A DNA stretch of 64,000 nucleotides from a virus. The notes under the pieces were generated by a model, which saw only the letters and a program-made list of their open reading frames with translations, did not search any database and was not told the DNA's origin. Shown piece by piece: positions 39,202-50,900 of the stretch (positions within the stretch are counted from its first letter, which is position 1; every line of letters begins with the position of its first letter). Location of the stretch: IMG/VR virus record IMGVR_UViG_3300020411_000003; one strand, written 5' to 3'. A program made the translations under genes and the position numbers.

Positions 39202-39597
39202 TTAGAATGTGAACTTAGCACCTAACTTAGCACCCCAATCAATGATTGTGTCGCCATCGCTATCTTCGCCATTAGAAGCACCAGAAACCTCACCGTAGAG
39301 AGCAAGATCTTCGTTTACAGGAACAGAAGCACCTACCTTACCAGATAGTTCTGTCTCTGTGTCATCTGTTGATTCAGTATGGTTCAATGAAGGACCACCT
39401 TGTACGTAGTATGCAATGTTACCGTTAGCACCTGTTACGCCCTCATAACCGATATGGATATCAGTAGCAGCAGATGAATAATCTCCATCAGGATAAGAAA
39501 GGTTACTTTCTACGTTCACGTATGGACCAGCAAAAGCTGCACCAGCGAGAAGGAATGGAGATGCTGCAACAGCAGCGATTGTTGATTTAATAGACAT
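39202..39597 (-). CDS. secreted small outer-membrane beta-barrel-like protein
   Basis: Signal peptide, alternating amphipathic strands, C-terminal Phe (AKFTF). Confidence 0.75.
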   Translation of the reverse strand: MSIKSTIAAVAASPFLLAGAAFAGPYVNVESNLSYPDGDYSSAATDIHIGYEGVTGANGNIAYYVQGGPSLNHTESTDDTETELSGKVGASVPVNEDLALYGEVSGASNGEDSDGDTIIDWGAKLGAKFTF

Positions 39598-39610
39598 GTT
39601 TGTATTTTAA

Positions 39611-39676
39611 GTGTCTCGTAGAGTTTAACCTACGGATGGAAGGAAGACCGACAATCTTCCGTTTTGTACGGGACAC
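39611..39676 (-). promoter_or_regulatory. structured 5' leader of the beta-barrel gene
   Basis: GTGTCCCGTA/TACGAGACAC closing stem (9 of 10 bp) enclosing a GGAAGA/TCTTCC hairpin. Confidence 0.5.
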
Positions 39677-39788
39677 CTACCTAGCGAGAGTAATTGAGTC
39701 ATTCGGGAGGTTGATCAAATACTTATATAAGGAAAACTAATACCTTCTATAAGTATAATTAACTAGTAGTAATGCATTTACTTCAAGT

Positions 39789-39851
39789 TATTTATAAGGA
39801 TAACATTTTCTTCGGGATCGGTCAACCGTCCTTGTGACAGTTGTGCAACTG
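39789..39851 (-). promoter_or_regulatory. composite promoter: CAGTT-N4-AACTG box, TTGACC-17-TATCCT, and late TATAAATA
   Basis: Read directly. Confidence 0.65.
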
Positions 39852-39856
39852 GCACA

Positions 39857-40984
39857 CTAATTTAGGAATATTTTGAGACCAGCATCTATATCGACGTTAC
39901 CTGCCTCTGCCTCTATCTTGATGTCTTTTGTCTCAGTTGTCAACGAAATGCCAGTTTTTGCTGACACATCAACGTTAGCACTAGAATTAATTTCTGTAAC
40001 ACCAGTATCAATCTTAACTTTTCCTAGTGCTGGACTTGTAGATTTAAGATTCAGTCCTAGTAATGAGTTCATATTGATTGTTCCTGGTTTGATACCATCA
40101 AAACTAGGACATGCAAGAGCACCAGTAGCCATGATATGCATACTACCAAGATTAGTTCCAAGTTTAAAATCTCCTGACTTTGTATTGATAGCAATACCAG
40201 TCTTCTTGTCAATAATGAAAGGACTTGTTGAAATACCAGCAACATCTAATCTATAAGCACCCATAACCTGATGCTTAACATCACCCATATACTTGATACT
40301 CTGGTGACCTGGTGAGATTAATGCTTTAGTTCCTCTAGGATCATAGTTGACTTCTGTATTCTCAGATGCTACAGTCATCTTCTGTCCTATAATATATTCT
40401 TCTTTATTAGAAGCAACCTGTGTTATAGTACCTGCTTGCATTGTAATAGGACCGCCACCATTGGGTCCTGCTTGCAGTATAATACCATTATGACCAATAA
40501 GAGTTAATAAATCTGTTGCCTCAATAACAACATTAAGAGCACTGATTCTCTTATCACCTTCAACCTCTTCTTTGTCATCACCATATAATACTGTTGATCT
40601 TGCTAGTCCATCAGTACTATTTTCTTCACCTGTCTCAACAGCATTAGTTTTATTTGCTATCGCTTCCTGAATAATAGGACCGCCATGCTTCTCTAACTTA
40701 CCACCAGTGGTGTTTATCATAAACCTACCACCACAGGGGTTGTCTTTACCACCTGGACCAGAAACATAGATAAAATCACCAGACTGTGTGATAGTAAACC
40801 CGTGACCTGTTAGTTTGTTACGGGCATCTAAATCACCACCATCAGTTCTCAGAACATATTCTTTGTTCTGAAATATAACTGTGACTTGTCGAGTAATCTG
40901 GACATCTTCCTTCTCATCAGCCCTAGATGCTTCGATCTGTTTTTTTCTCAGTTGTTCGTTTCTGTTTATTTCTGATAAAGCCAT
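39857..40984 (-). CDS. baseplate hub/spike protein, gp5 C-terminal beta-helix-like
   Basis: Repetitive beta-strand composition, ends GNVDIDAGLKIFLN; coupled to the gp5-like gene. Confidence 0.6.
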   Translation of the reverse strand: MALSEINRNEQLRKKQIEASRADEKEDVQITRQVTVIFQNKEYVLRTDGGDLDARNKLTGHGFTITQSGDFIYVSGPGGKDNPCGGRFMINTTGGKLEKHGGPIIQEAIANKTNAVETGEENSTDGLARSTVLYGDDKEEVEGDKRISALNVVIEATDLLTLIGHNGIILQAGPNGGGPITMQAGTITQVASNKEEYIIGQKMTVASENTEVNYDPRGTKALISPGHQSIKYMGDVKHQVMGAYRLDVAGISTSPFIIDKKTGIAINTKSGDFKLGTNLGSMHIMATGALACPSFDGIKPGTINMNSLLGLNLKSTSPALGKVKIDTGVTEINSSANVDVSAKTGISLTTETKDIKIEAEAGNVDIDAGLKIFLN

Positions 40985-43833
40985 TAGGGACAATCAATAT
41001 AAGAACCAGTACCAATCTTAGCAGATCCAACCTTAACAAGAGCCTCAGCACTAAGACAACTAAAGGATGGGATCCATCTTGCTCCATATCCACCACCACC
41101 TATAATTTGGACTCGTGGATACTCAGTGAATGTTTTCTGTCTATCTTTAATTCTAACACTAACCACAAATCCATTCTCCACGATAGCTTCTGCTGCGTAT
41201 GGATCACCATCAACATATACTTTAGGAGCAGATTTATAACCTGTACCAGGAGATAACATAGTAAAACTATCAATGATACAACGTTTCTGTTCTGTTTGTG
41301 GTATGTTAAGTTTATATCCAAATCCAGGATTTGTTACTCTAACTTCAGTAACCTGATTGTTATTATCAAGTAAAGCAATTCCAACAGCACCATAACCCTG
41401 ACCTGTAATAAGAACAGCAGGTGGTTCTGTATAAGGAGTACCAGGTGTTTCGATAGGAACTTCTATGATACCTCCTTTAGAATCTGTAATTGGTTTACCT
41501 GCAACTGGTCTCGTAGAAGGTGTATAAACATTATCCTTATTAATGAGTTGTGATTCATCTAACTCATCTAATAAGTCCTCTCTACCAAAATTCTGTAATT
41601 GTGATTCAATATACACAGAGCAACTAGCATTAGTACCAAGTATACCAAGTATCAATGTTTCTCTATCCTCTAATGAAGCATCATCCTCAATACCAACAAC
41701 AATTAATGCTTTGTTATCCTCAATGACAAATTGACCTAATAGGTTACCACCAACAATATCAGCATTTGTTATACCTTCACCAAATAATTGGTACTGGAAT
41801 AGAGTACCATTTCTAACATTAGTTGTCTCTACATTATATGTTATAAACTCACCCTCCTTAACAGATGCCCTGTCTGGTGTAACTTTATAAGTTGGAAATG
41901 TTGTTACAGGTACTTCAGTATCACTATCATTATCATTTGCTAGTGTATCAAAGACCTCTCCAAACTCAAAATTATTAGGATTATTTGGATTTACAAATGG
42001 TGGAGTTACTTGATCTGTCTCTATATCTTCACCATCTGGACTAGATCCTAGAGGAGATTTATTAATAACAACTCTAGCAATACTATCAGTAAATGTTCTT
42101 GCTACTGTGCCAGGAGTTCCTGGTCTTGCTACCACAAAGAAATCTTCTTGGTTTTCTATTTCATCTGAATATATTGTTTGTACTTCAATAGTCTTTTCTG
42201 TTTCTCCTGGTGAGAATCCTAACGTACCATTTGTCTCTAGAAAATCATCAACAAAATCTGCTGTACCTGCAATAGTTCTATAGAATATACTAGAAGCAAT
42301 ATCAGTCTTACCTTTTCTAGTAACTCTAATCTTAGCTTTTTCTCCTTCTACTACTTCATCATCAAATACTTGATATATTATTCTATCTTCAAGTCCATCA
42401 GTAGATGGTTTACCACCCACGAATGTAACTTCAGTATTCTCTAAGGTAACACCTTCGTATGCTTCTTCACATGTATAGGTTGCCCAATCTTCACCAGCAC
42501 CGTCCCATGGATCTTGTAAACTTTCTAATAATTTATCTAAGAAATCTTCTCTCTTGTCTGTTTTACATTTAGTAGATACAGATGTAACTTTATTACAACT
42601 GTTGTCAGGTCCATTACATTGAATACCTAAGAGATTCAATACATAATTGATTGCTTCTCCGATCATATTCAACGGACCTGCTATAGCACCAAGTATAGAT
42701 TGTAGAGGACCAAGAATACTGGATAGTAAATCCTCCATTAAAGATTGAATCTTATTAAGAATTCCACTAACCATCTTGTCTACTTGACATGCAGCAGCTT
42801 TGTAAATGTCAAAGAGATAACCAAATATTAAATCTTCAAGAAACTTTTCTAAACGTAATCCCAGATCTGCCATAGAACATCCAAGATCTGCTAACATATT
42901 ATTAAACCACTTAGTCACTGGTGTGAGAGCATTACCATTCTCATCAGGACGTAGAATTGCTTTAACAATATCATCAACAGCTCGTTTGATCTTTTCTAAT
43001 ACAAATCCTTTGACTTTAGCAACAAATTTTCTGACGATATAGATCGCTTTATTAACATATTTTCTACCAATATCAACATAGTCATAGATCTGACCTGTCC
43101 ATTGGTTGACAACATATGTTCCTAACTGACCATTACTTTGTTGTGCATCACGTAACATCTCACTCAAGAGACGTTTGAATGTAGAATTCATGTCAGATTC
43201 TTTACCGCATGAATCAGCAACTTCAACTGTCCAGTTAATACCTGCTCTATTAGATTCGGATGCATCTGCAAACTTTGCTATAGTCAGGTTATTGATACCA
43301 TTAGTAATTCCATCAGAGGGATTACCATCCAAAGCATGTCCTGCCTCAACAGGATCAAACTCAACTGGTTTATTTGGATCTTGATCTACTTGTTTGACAT
43401 CTTCAGAAATGAAAGTTGTAAAGTTCTTACAACCTTCTCCAGGATTAGGATCTTCTCCTGGTGGTGTTCCAGAATTAGCGACCTGTCCAATAGATCCCAT
43501 GATAACAGGTTGCTGTTGTTCTTTATCTAAAAAGAACCCGATAACCCAATCACCTGGTTCCAACTGTGGCGTTGCAGAACGCACAGCACCAGATGAATAT
43601 GGAGTAGTCACAGGCATCATAGTGATTGCCCATGGAAGATCCTCACTCTTTACAGCACTGCAAGATCTAGGATGATGTCCTATGATCCTGACTTTATATC
43701 TCCCAGAACGTTTCTGATCTTTATTTTCTTCACCATCCTGAGAATGTGTAGGCGACTCAACCTGTCCGATCCACCAGGCGAACCCGTCGGATCCAATTTG
43801 GTGGATTGGATATAATTGATTAAGTCCTTCCAT
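40984..43833 (-). CDS. gp5: gp5-like baseplate hub protein (OB-fold plus Calx-beta-like domains)
   Basis: GFAWWIGQVE...GRYKVRIIGHH...DLPWA...GDWVIGFFLDKEQQQPVIMGSI; LGFSPGETEKTIEV. Confidence 0.8.
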   Translation of the reverse strand: MEGLNQLYPIHQIGSDGFAWWIGQVESPTHSQDGEENKDQKRSGRYKVRIIGHHPRSCSAVKSEDLPWAITMMPVTTPYSSGAVRSATPQLEPGDWVIGFFLDKEQQQPVIMGSIGQVANSGTPPGEDPNPGEGCKNFTTFISEDVKQVDQDPNKPVEFDPVEAGHALDGNPSDGITNGINNLTIAKFADASESNRAGINWTVEVADSCGKESDMNSTFKRLLSEMLRDAQQSNGQLGTYVVNQWTGQIYDYVDIGRKYVNKAIYIVRKFVAKVKGFVLEKIKRAVDDIVKAILRPDENGNALTPVTKWFNNMLADLGCSMADLGLRLEKFLEDLIFGYLFDIYKAAACQVDKMVSGILNKIQSLMEDLLSSILGPLQSILGAIAGPLNMIGEAINYVLNLLGIQCNGPDNSCNKVTSVSTKCKTDKREDFLDKLLESLQDPWDGAGEDWATYTCEEAYEGVTLENTEVTFVGGKPSTDGLEDRIIYQVFDDEVVEGEKAKIRVTRKGKTDIASSIFYRTIAGTADFVDDFLETNGTLGFSPGETEKTIEVQTIYSDEIENQEDFFVVARPGTPGTVARTFTDSIARVVINKSPLGSSPDGEDIETDQVTPPFVNPNNPNNFEFGEVFDTLANDNDSDTEVPVTTFPTYKVTPDRASVKEGEFITYNVETTNVRNGTLFQYQLFGEGITNADIVGGNLLGQFVIEDNKALIVVGIEDDASLEDRETLILGILGTNASCSVYIESQLQNFGREDLLDELDESQLINKDNVYTPSTRPVAGKPITDSKGGIIEVPIETPGTPYTEPPAVLITGQGYGAVGIALLDNNNQVTEVRVTNPGFGYKLNIPQTEQKRCIIDSFTMLSPGTGYKSAPKVYVDGDPYAAEAIVENGFVVSVRIKDRQKTFTEYPRVQIIGGGGYGARWIPSFSCLSAEALVKVGSAKIGTGSYIDCP

Positions 43834-43835
43834 AA

Positions 43836-44063
43836 TTAGTCGTCATAAATCAAGCACTCAGGCTCGTCTGGATGGGTCTCACAGAAGAGTTCGATACAGT
43901 TGGGATCATGGTGATCTCCTGCTTCAATCTCCTTCTTGTGGTGGTCTGCGTATACCTCTAGATCGTGTAACTCCTCCTTATAGTGCCTACGAGCAGCAGG
44001 ACTAGTGGTAGGATCTTCCAAGATCTCTTGGTCTTTCTTAATGTGTTCTTCTATAGTATTCAT
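43836..44063 (-). CDS. cp12: CP12 Calvin-cycle inhibitor, phage type
   Basis: C-terminal ELFCETHPDEPECLIYDD. Confidence 0.9.
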   Translation of the reverse strand: MNTIEEHIKKDQEILEDPTTSPAARRHYKEELHDLEVYADHHKKEIEAGDHHDPNCIELFCETHPDEPECLIYDD

Positions 44064-44072
44064 ATCTTTAAG

Positions 44073-45518
44073 TTATGCGTCTGATTTTGTGTCTTCGTAA
44101 CCCCAAGAGTCACGAATCAATTCCAATACAGTATAGACACTCATGGAAGGTCTGTCAAATTGATGATTGAGTTTCCTGATCAAGTAGATACCACTGTGTT
44201 CTGGATCAACCGATCCTAGGTCTTCCTTGCTTTCTAAAGGAACTTGGTTGGGTATCTGTACTTCAATCTTCTGACCCACTCTCAAATCTAGGTTCCCTGT
44301 CACAGATATAGCTAATTGCTGATTGAACAATGTACCCACACGTGAGATAGATTGTACCAAATACTGCTTTTGAGAATCATAGAATTCAGATGGTTCGTCA
44401 CTTTCATCAGAAGCATCGTTCGATGCTACTTCAGTACCATTGTACCAATTTTCATGATTAATCACAGAAGATAAGCGTCTAGTTGGATACTGAGATAATT
44501 GTTCTTGCCCCTTTGGTAGTTTAGTTTGTGGTCCCAAATGAGCCATCTCATCCCAGCTTTCACTTAATTTATATGTGTACTCCGTGTAAACACCAGTATT
44601 TATGTCAAAAAACGCACACTCAGTAGAATACGCACCCTCTCTGAGTTTCTTCATCATGTCAATCTCAGATCTAAAGACAACTTCTTGAATTTTTCTGTGA
44701 TCTTTAAATTCTGTCTGATCTACATTTGCTGGTTCATAAGAATACACAGCAACTTTACCAGAACCACCAAATTTACTTGGATCTGGTGATACAACAGAAT
44801 CTACACTCTTGAAATTAAATCCATCACGATCTTCCCAGAAGAAATATCCAGCAGTACCTTTAAGTTTTTTAGAATCCTTGACATTATCTGATTTTGTATC
44901 TACATTAGTGTCACCACTATTACTGATAATATCAGATGATGTTCCACCTCCACCTGCTGTGAATGTTTCTTTGGATATTGCTTTAGCTTGTAAGTCTCTA
45001 ATTACTGCAAACGGTGATTTACCAGCAGGAATTATCTTGAATGTATTAAGAGACTCTTCAACTTTTATCTTAGCAGAAGGTACATTAAGATAATCTATAA
45101 GAAGACTATTGACAATTCCACTAGCAGTATTTGTGAGAACCTTATTTACTTTAACACCTTCATTAGTTAATCCTTGATCACCAATCAATCCTAAAGTATA
45201 TGCTTGACCCTTCTCAGTACTAACTCTGTTACCAATCTTCCATACACGAAAATCAAATTGATGATCATCACCTTTATTATCTGAAACAGCAATAACAACC
45301 TTCTCGAAACCTGTGATAGGCATATCAGCAGGTAGATTAAGTGCTTTGTCAAGAATTACCAGAGTACCAGATATCGATGGTGATAATAAATCCTCAACAT
45401 ACTGGAAACTAGAAAACGCATCAGTAAGATATGCGTATGGTTCACCCATCTCTTGACCTACTTTCCAAATAGCGACAAATTTTATATTATATTGTTCTGC
45501 TCTAACTATTTCTGACAT
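44073..45518 (-). CDS. baseplate hub protein (gp27/late-control-D-like)
   Basis: YFFWEDRDGFNFKSVD, GNLDLRVGQKIEVQIP, HSGIYLIRKLNHQF. Confidence 0.7.
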   Translation of the reverse strand: MSEIVRAEQYNIKFVAIWKVGQEMGEPYAYLTDAFSSFQYVEDLLSPSISGTLVILDKALNLPADMPITGFEKVVIAVSDNKGDDHQFDFRVWKIGNRVSTEKGQAYTLGLIGDQGLTNEGVKVNKVLTNTASGIVNSLLIDYLNVPSAKIKVEESLNTFKIIPAGKSPFAVIRDLQAKAISKETFTAGGGGTSSDIISNSGDTNVDTKSDNVKDSKKLKGTAGYFFWEDRDGFNFKSVDSVVSPDPSKFGGSGKVAVYSYEPANVDQTEFKDHRKIQEVVFRSEIDMMKKLREGAYSTECAFFDINTGVYTEYTYKLSESWDEMAHLGPQTKLPKGQEQLSQYPTRRLSSVINHENWYNGTEVASNDASDESDEPSEFYDSQKQYLVQSISRVGTLFNQQLAISVTGNLDLRVGQKIEVQIPNQVPLESKEDLGSVDPEHSGIYLIRKLNHQFDRPSMSVYTVLELIRDSWGYEDTKSDA

Positions 45519-47920
45519 TATTTGAATGCTGAGTATACAAATTGATATTGATCGACCTGCGTTTCTGCTGAATTATCAATATGAGACAATGGTTCATCAT
45601 GAGATTCAGTATTATGAGTAATAACGTTCTGACTATTAAGGGTTAAACTATCTAAATCAACCTCATTCTTAACCAGTCTATTAAGAGACTGTTCCTTTGA
45701 ATTCAAATCAACAATTTCTGCTTTACCATTAGCTAATGGTTCTGCCCATGATGGTCTCTCACCAGTATATCCAGGATGATTGTAGTATGCATTTGGACCA
45801 TGCATATCTTGATACTGACCAACAGGATCTGGGAATATAAAATCGGTAAGGAAACTTGCAATACCAAGTGCTTTTGATCCAAACTTAAGGAATGGTTTTG
45901 CCATACCCATAAGTCCCAAACCTTTATTTGCTGGTGATGTCATCAACCCTCTAGCAATATTTGCTTGAGCACTGTTAGGATATGCACCACCCAGTAATCT
46001 CTGAGCTAGATTCAATCCCTTAGTTGCTTGTTTAGGTTTAACAGCAACTTCTGATGACATACCAAAATTCTTCAACCAACCAGGCAATCTAAGACCAGAA
46101 CCTTTCGGTTGTAGTACATTTAATACCTTACCTCTTCCAGCACCAAGATTACTAGCACCAGTTCCTGGAAGACCCTTAACACTGAAAGGATTTAAACCAG
46201 TAGCACCAGGTCTAGCATACTGAGCAGAATTCCAGAAGTCTGGTGTTAAGAATGTCTTACCTTTACCAGCCCAACTCATAGCATTGCTAGGTTTGAATCC
46301 ACCTGAGAATATACTGGCTGCTCTAGCATTACTGGTTCCATGATATAAGTTTTGTAGACTACTTGAACCACTTAAACCTGGACCACCTATACCACCATAT
46401 CCATGATCCCCTCCATCACCACTTTCTCTGTCACCTCTGAATAATCCAAATATATCCCACCACGCACGTCTATTCTGACTCTGTTCTTTCCTGAAGATCT
46501 CCTGATTTCTTTGTTCTGACTGGTATGCTTTAGTCTCTAATAAATTATTGACCTTACCACTAATTGTATCTTTAACACTAAATGCTTGAGCAACAGGATC
46601 AATAACAGATCCTATAGTATTTTTCATACCACTGAATCCTGGTGTTGCTCTAACAGCATTACCAGTAGCAGCCATGATTCCTAATGAAGCAACCTCAAAT
46701 GGTAACTTCATTGCTTTCATCAAATTCTCTTCACTGAACTTGTCTCTCTTAACATCATTCACTGGAGACTTCATTATATTACCAGAAGTCTCAGATGGTC
46801 TCTGAGCAAAGAAGTTCATTGCTGGTATTTGTGGAGTAGGAGCAGGTATATCTGTTCCAGTCTCATACTGTTTACGAGTTACACCATCAACAGCACTCGG
46901 TTGTCCTTGTGTATAATTATTATCTAATGGTGTGATCATCTCATCACCATGTAACCTGACTAGGTATCCACTATCAGGACCAGAAACTATACCACCCTGT
47001 TCAAAGTTAGGAACATCAACTCCACCAAAATCTAACTCCTCATTATCAACATCTAAAGCATTCTCAAGTTCATTCTCTTGTCTTATCTGATTAGGATCCT
47101 CATCAAGATCAGTAAATCTCTCAGTACCAGAAAGATCATCCTCTTGGTCTAATTTTTTCTTTACCTCAGTAGTTTCTGCTTGATCAGCTTGTTGTTTAGC
47201 AAGTGCAAGTTGCTCATTTAATATACCAGCAATAGCATCTAACCTATCACCTATGCCATCATTGCTAACTTCAAGACCCTTAGCAATAGCAAGGTTGGAC
47301 TGATTTGCAGCAGTAATCTCAGACTCTAGAGTACCCTGTTTCTGATTAATAGAAGCAACAGTTCTATTAAGTGACTCTGCTATAGCAGCAAAGAATATAC
47401 CAAGTTTTTCATCCTTGACATTTACAGGGTTATTCTTCTCCGAAACACTACTTTCATACCTCCTAGTACCAGAAGATCCGACCATTGGAGTATTTGATTG
47501 TACATTCTTAGTGATTGCTCCAGGAGTAATATTAAGCATATTACCAAGAATAGTATCATTTGGTACTATTTCAGGATCTATACCACCACCCCCACGAGGA
47601 CCACCACCAGATGCTGTAGGTTGAGGATTTATAGGACTTGCAAACGGTGTACTCTGACCTCTATTAAAATAATCAGGATACTTAAATTTACTACCAAAAT
47701 TCCTTCTCCTAACAAAACCAGGAGTCATCTGATACTTCAGTGCTTCACCAAAAAATTCTCCTCTACGAAGTCCTAGAATATCTCTGTCTACTTTAAGTTT
47801 ATCAGCAGCAGCATGAGCACGTGCCTTCTCAGACTTAGCCATACTGGCAGCATCAAACAACGCACCAATTATCATTGGTGCAATACTTCCGTCAGCTACA
47901 GCTTGATATCTAACAGTCAT
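45518..47920 (-). CDS. tape-measure-like virion protein with an ART-like C-terminal segment
   Basis: Coiled-coil region; FEQGGIVSGPDSGYLVRLHGDE motif; LYHGTS...YA...SEVAV. Confidence 0.55.
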   Translation of the reverse strand: MTVRYQAVADGSIAPMIIGALFDAASMAKSEKARAHAAADKLKVDRDILGLRRGEFFGEALKYQMTPGFVRRRNFGSKFKYPDYFNRGQSTPFASPINPQPTASGGGPRGGGGIDPEIVPNDTILGNMLNITPGAITKNVQSNTPMVGSSGTRRYESSVSEKNNPVNVKDEKLGIFFAAIAESLNRTVASINQKQGTLESEITAANQSNLAIAKGLEVSNDGIGDRLDAIAGILNEQLALAKQQADQAETTEVKKKLDQEDDLSGTERFTDLDEDPNQIRQENELENALDVDNEELDFGGVDVPNFEQGGIVSGPDSGYLVRLHGDEMITPLDNNYTQGQPSAVDGVTRKQYETGTDIPAPTPQIPAMNFFAQRPSETSGNIMKSPVNDVKRDKFSEENLMKAMKLPFEVASLGIMAATGNAVRATPGFSGMKNTIGSVIDPVAQAFSVKDTISGKVNNLLETKAYQSEQRNQEIFRKEQSQNRRAWWDIFGLFRGDRESGDGGDHGYGGIGGPGLSGSSSLQNLYHGTSNARAASIFSGGFKPSNAMSWAGKGKTFLTPDFWNSAQYARPGATGLNPFSVKGLPGTGASNLGAGRGKVLNVLQPKGSGLRLPGWLKNFGMSSEVAVKPKQATKGLNLAQRLLGGAYPNSAQANIARGLMTSPANKGLGLMGMAKPFLKFGSKALGIASFLTDFIFPDPVGQYQDMHGPNAYYNHPGYTGERPSWAEPLANGKAEIVDLNSKEQSLNRLVKNEVDLDSLTLNSQNVITHNTESHDEPLSHIDNSAETQVDQYQFVYSAFK

Positions 47921-47921
47921 T

Positions 47922-50900
47922 CTATCCTACTAACTTTGCCAACTTAAACATCTCAAGAGAATTATTGTTACTAGCAATAACATTATTCTTCCTCTTGACA
48001 GTCTGGTTGTTAACTATAGTGTTATTTAACATAACAATCTGTAAAGTATTAGAATCTTCCTCTATTTGACTAAACAATTTACTATCATCAAGAAGTCTAT
48101 TATCATTCATTAAATTAATTGCTGATAAAATTTCAGTTTGAAGATTATTATTCACTTGTAAATCTTTAATATCATTGTGATGTGGTGATTCATCATAATC
48201 AATAGGGTTATCTCGCAACAGATTTAAAATAGGACTACTTCTTCTTTCTCCTACATCATTCATCCACTTAGATTCTACTCCAGGTCTGTTAACTGGATCT
48301 GCAAACTGAAGTTGTCTTGCTGCTTCTTCAAAATCACCATTTTTCAATGCTTCTTCCATTGATGGAAATGCATCTAAGAAATAAGGACCCATATTAAAGA
48401 CCAAATCAATCAATGCTGCTCTCTGTCTTTCAGAAGCTTCTGCCCAACCAGGAAGATTCATTGCTGCTTCTAAATGATGTTTGAAATCCATCTCAAATAA
48501 TTCATTAGCTTTCTCTTGAGTAATAACATCACCTTCCTTCAAACCATATACAGGAGAATCTTCATCAATTAAGTGTCCATAACCAATTGTCAGATTGTCG
48601 TTGTTATCATAATATGCGTCAAGTCTAAGTCCTTCATGCTCTTTGATCATCTCTTTCTCAAAAGTATAATCTTTCTGTTCAATACCTCCTAATAGGTCAT
48701 TCCTCTTTGGAGATAGACCTTCAGATTTAATAATCAAGTTAGTTAAGAAACTTGCATTAGAATAGGTTGCCGTACTATCAGGTTCATAGAAATCAACACT
48801 GGTATGATATCCAGACATCCTACCAGCACCATTAGGTTGAAGTTCTGGTTCACCTGATGGAGCAGATACAAAACCAACTTGTCCTAGATATTGTCCTCTT
48901 CTAACCTTTTTTCCTTCTTTGACTTTAATACCACCATCAGGAAAGTGTGCGTACAAAGCATCAAATTCCTTACCATTGGTAGGATCAGTACTTCTAATAA
49001 TTACAACGTTACCATAATTGGTACTTTGATGTCCTGTCTTAACAACTGTACCATCAAACAATGAATAATTCTTAGTATAATCACCATAACTAAAATCAAC
49101 ACCAGGTTCTCCTGAACGGTCTAGACCTTGCTTACCTGTAAAAGTTATAGTAGTCGGATTAGGATGATCACCATCTCCTCCAAATGATTGCAACCATTTT
49201 CCAAACATCTTTATAGGTTGAAATCCACCTTCACCATTATTTTCTTCTGGTTCTACTTCTTCTTTCTTACGATTTTTATCAAATTGTTCCTTAGCCCACG
49301 CTGACAAACTATCTGTTCTTTCTAAGTAAGTTTCAGTAGTTGCCCTTGATTTAACTGGTGCAGTTTTAATACCAGTATTATATCTAATATTTCTAACTGC
49401 AAATGGTAAGGAAGAAACTGTATTAGAGATATCTCTATCAACTCTGAGATCTCTTGCCATTGCAACACTAGTAGATACTAAAGTATCACCAATATTTTTA
49501 ATATGGCTTGTGGTCATACCACTCTTAGGATCTACTGCTTGAATCAACTCTGTACCGTGCATCATACTATCTCCTCTCCTGGTCAATCCATATGGATTAC
49601 CTTGTTCAAACTGGTCTATTCTACCACCACTAGCGGTATAATTCAAACGATCATTAGCGTCAGGAGGAGGTGGTAACCCAAGTGGGTTAAACCCAAGATC
49701 CCTACCAATATCAACTGCGGTGACACCCCATCCTAGTATAGGTACAGCAGAAAGTAAGGATAATATACCACCAGTCGTATCACCCTGAGAGAATCTATAT
49801 CCTGCTTCACCTAATGCTATAAACGTACCTACACCTGGTATGAATTTAGAACTCTTACCAAGTGCTTTAGCACCTGCTTTAGTAGCTACCTTTTTCGTTG
49901 CTTTTTTGCCTGCACTACTAGCAAATTTCTTCTGTATAACTCTACTACCAACATCTGATCCAAGATAAGGAACTTTTCTTGAAATGGAAGGTGGTAACCC
50001 CATTTGAGGTGCAATATCAGCACTCACACCTTTCATACCTTTGACCAGTTCAGGAGAGATCAACCCCTTATTGATCATCTGTTGGACTCCACTCTTCTGT
50101 CCAGCTCTTGCTGCACGTGCTGCTCTATCTTTTAGAATTTTAGCATCCCCAAAATCTCCTAACAATTCTTCAGGTATACCAGATTTGAGGGTGGCATCCA
50201 GACGGGCTAAACCCTTTGGCGATAAAATTGTCTTCTGGTGTTTTCTAATTGAAGTTCTTCCTAAACCAGTTTCAAGATATTTTTTAAATCTGGGTTTTCC
50301 AAGTTGTCTAGTCAGATAAGCACCTGCATATTCAGGTCCAAATCTCATTAAAATCTTCCTGAAATTCTTACCCCCTATAATTTCACCAGTAGCTGTAGCA
50401 AGTCTTCTTCTACCAAAACCTCTTACACCTAATCGAGACTTTATTGCATTAGCTGCTTTCTTTAAACCAAGTTTATCAAAAACTGCATTAGCAATTTTTC
50501 TACCAACAATATCGGATAGAGCTCCAAATATCCATTGACCTGTTTCAGTTCCAGTACCAAATCCAGTATATCTCCTAGTTCTTGAAAGATCTCTTGTTAG
50601 TTCTAATTGATTCTCTGCTCGAGCTACCTGTGATTTGTCCTTAAGAATATTTTGAAATTCAAACTGTTGTTGATATAAATTTAAAACCTTATCTAATTTA
50701 CCTGCAATCAACTCATTATGATCGATCATCAAATCGATACTATGCTGATGAGATGTTCTTATGTCAGATAAAAGATTCAGACTCTTAGATACTCTTTGAT
50801 CTACCAGTGCTAACTTAGCATCTATACCACCACCAAAAACACGAGCAACATACTCTCTAAGTTTCTCGTCTTTTACTGGTATATGATCATCATTTGCCAA

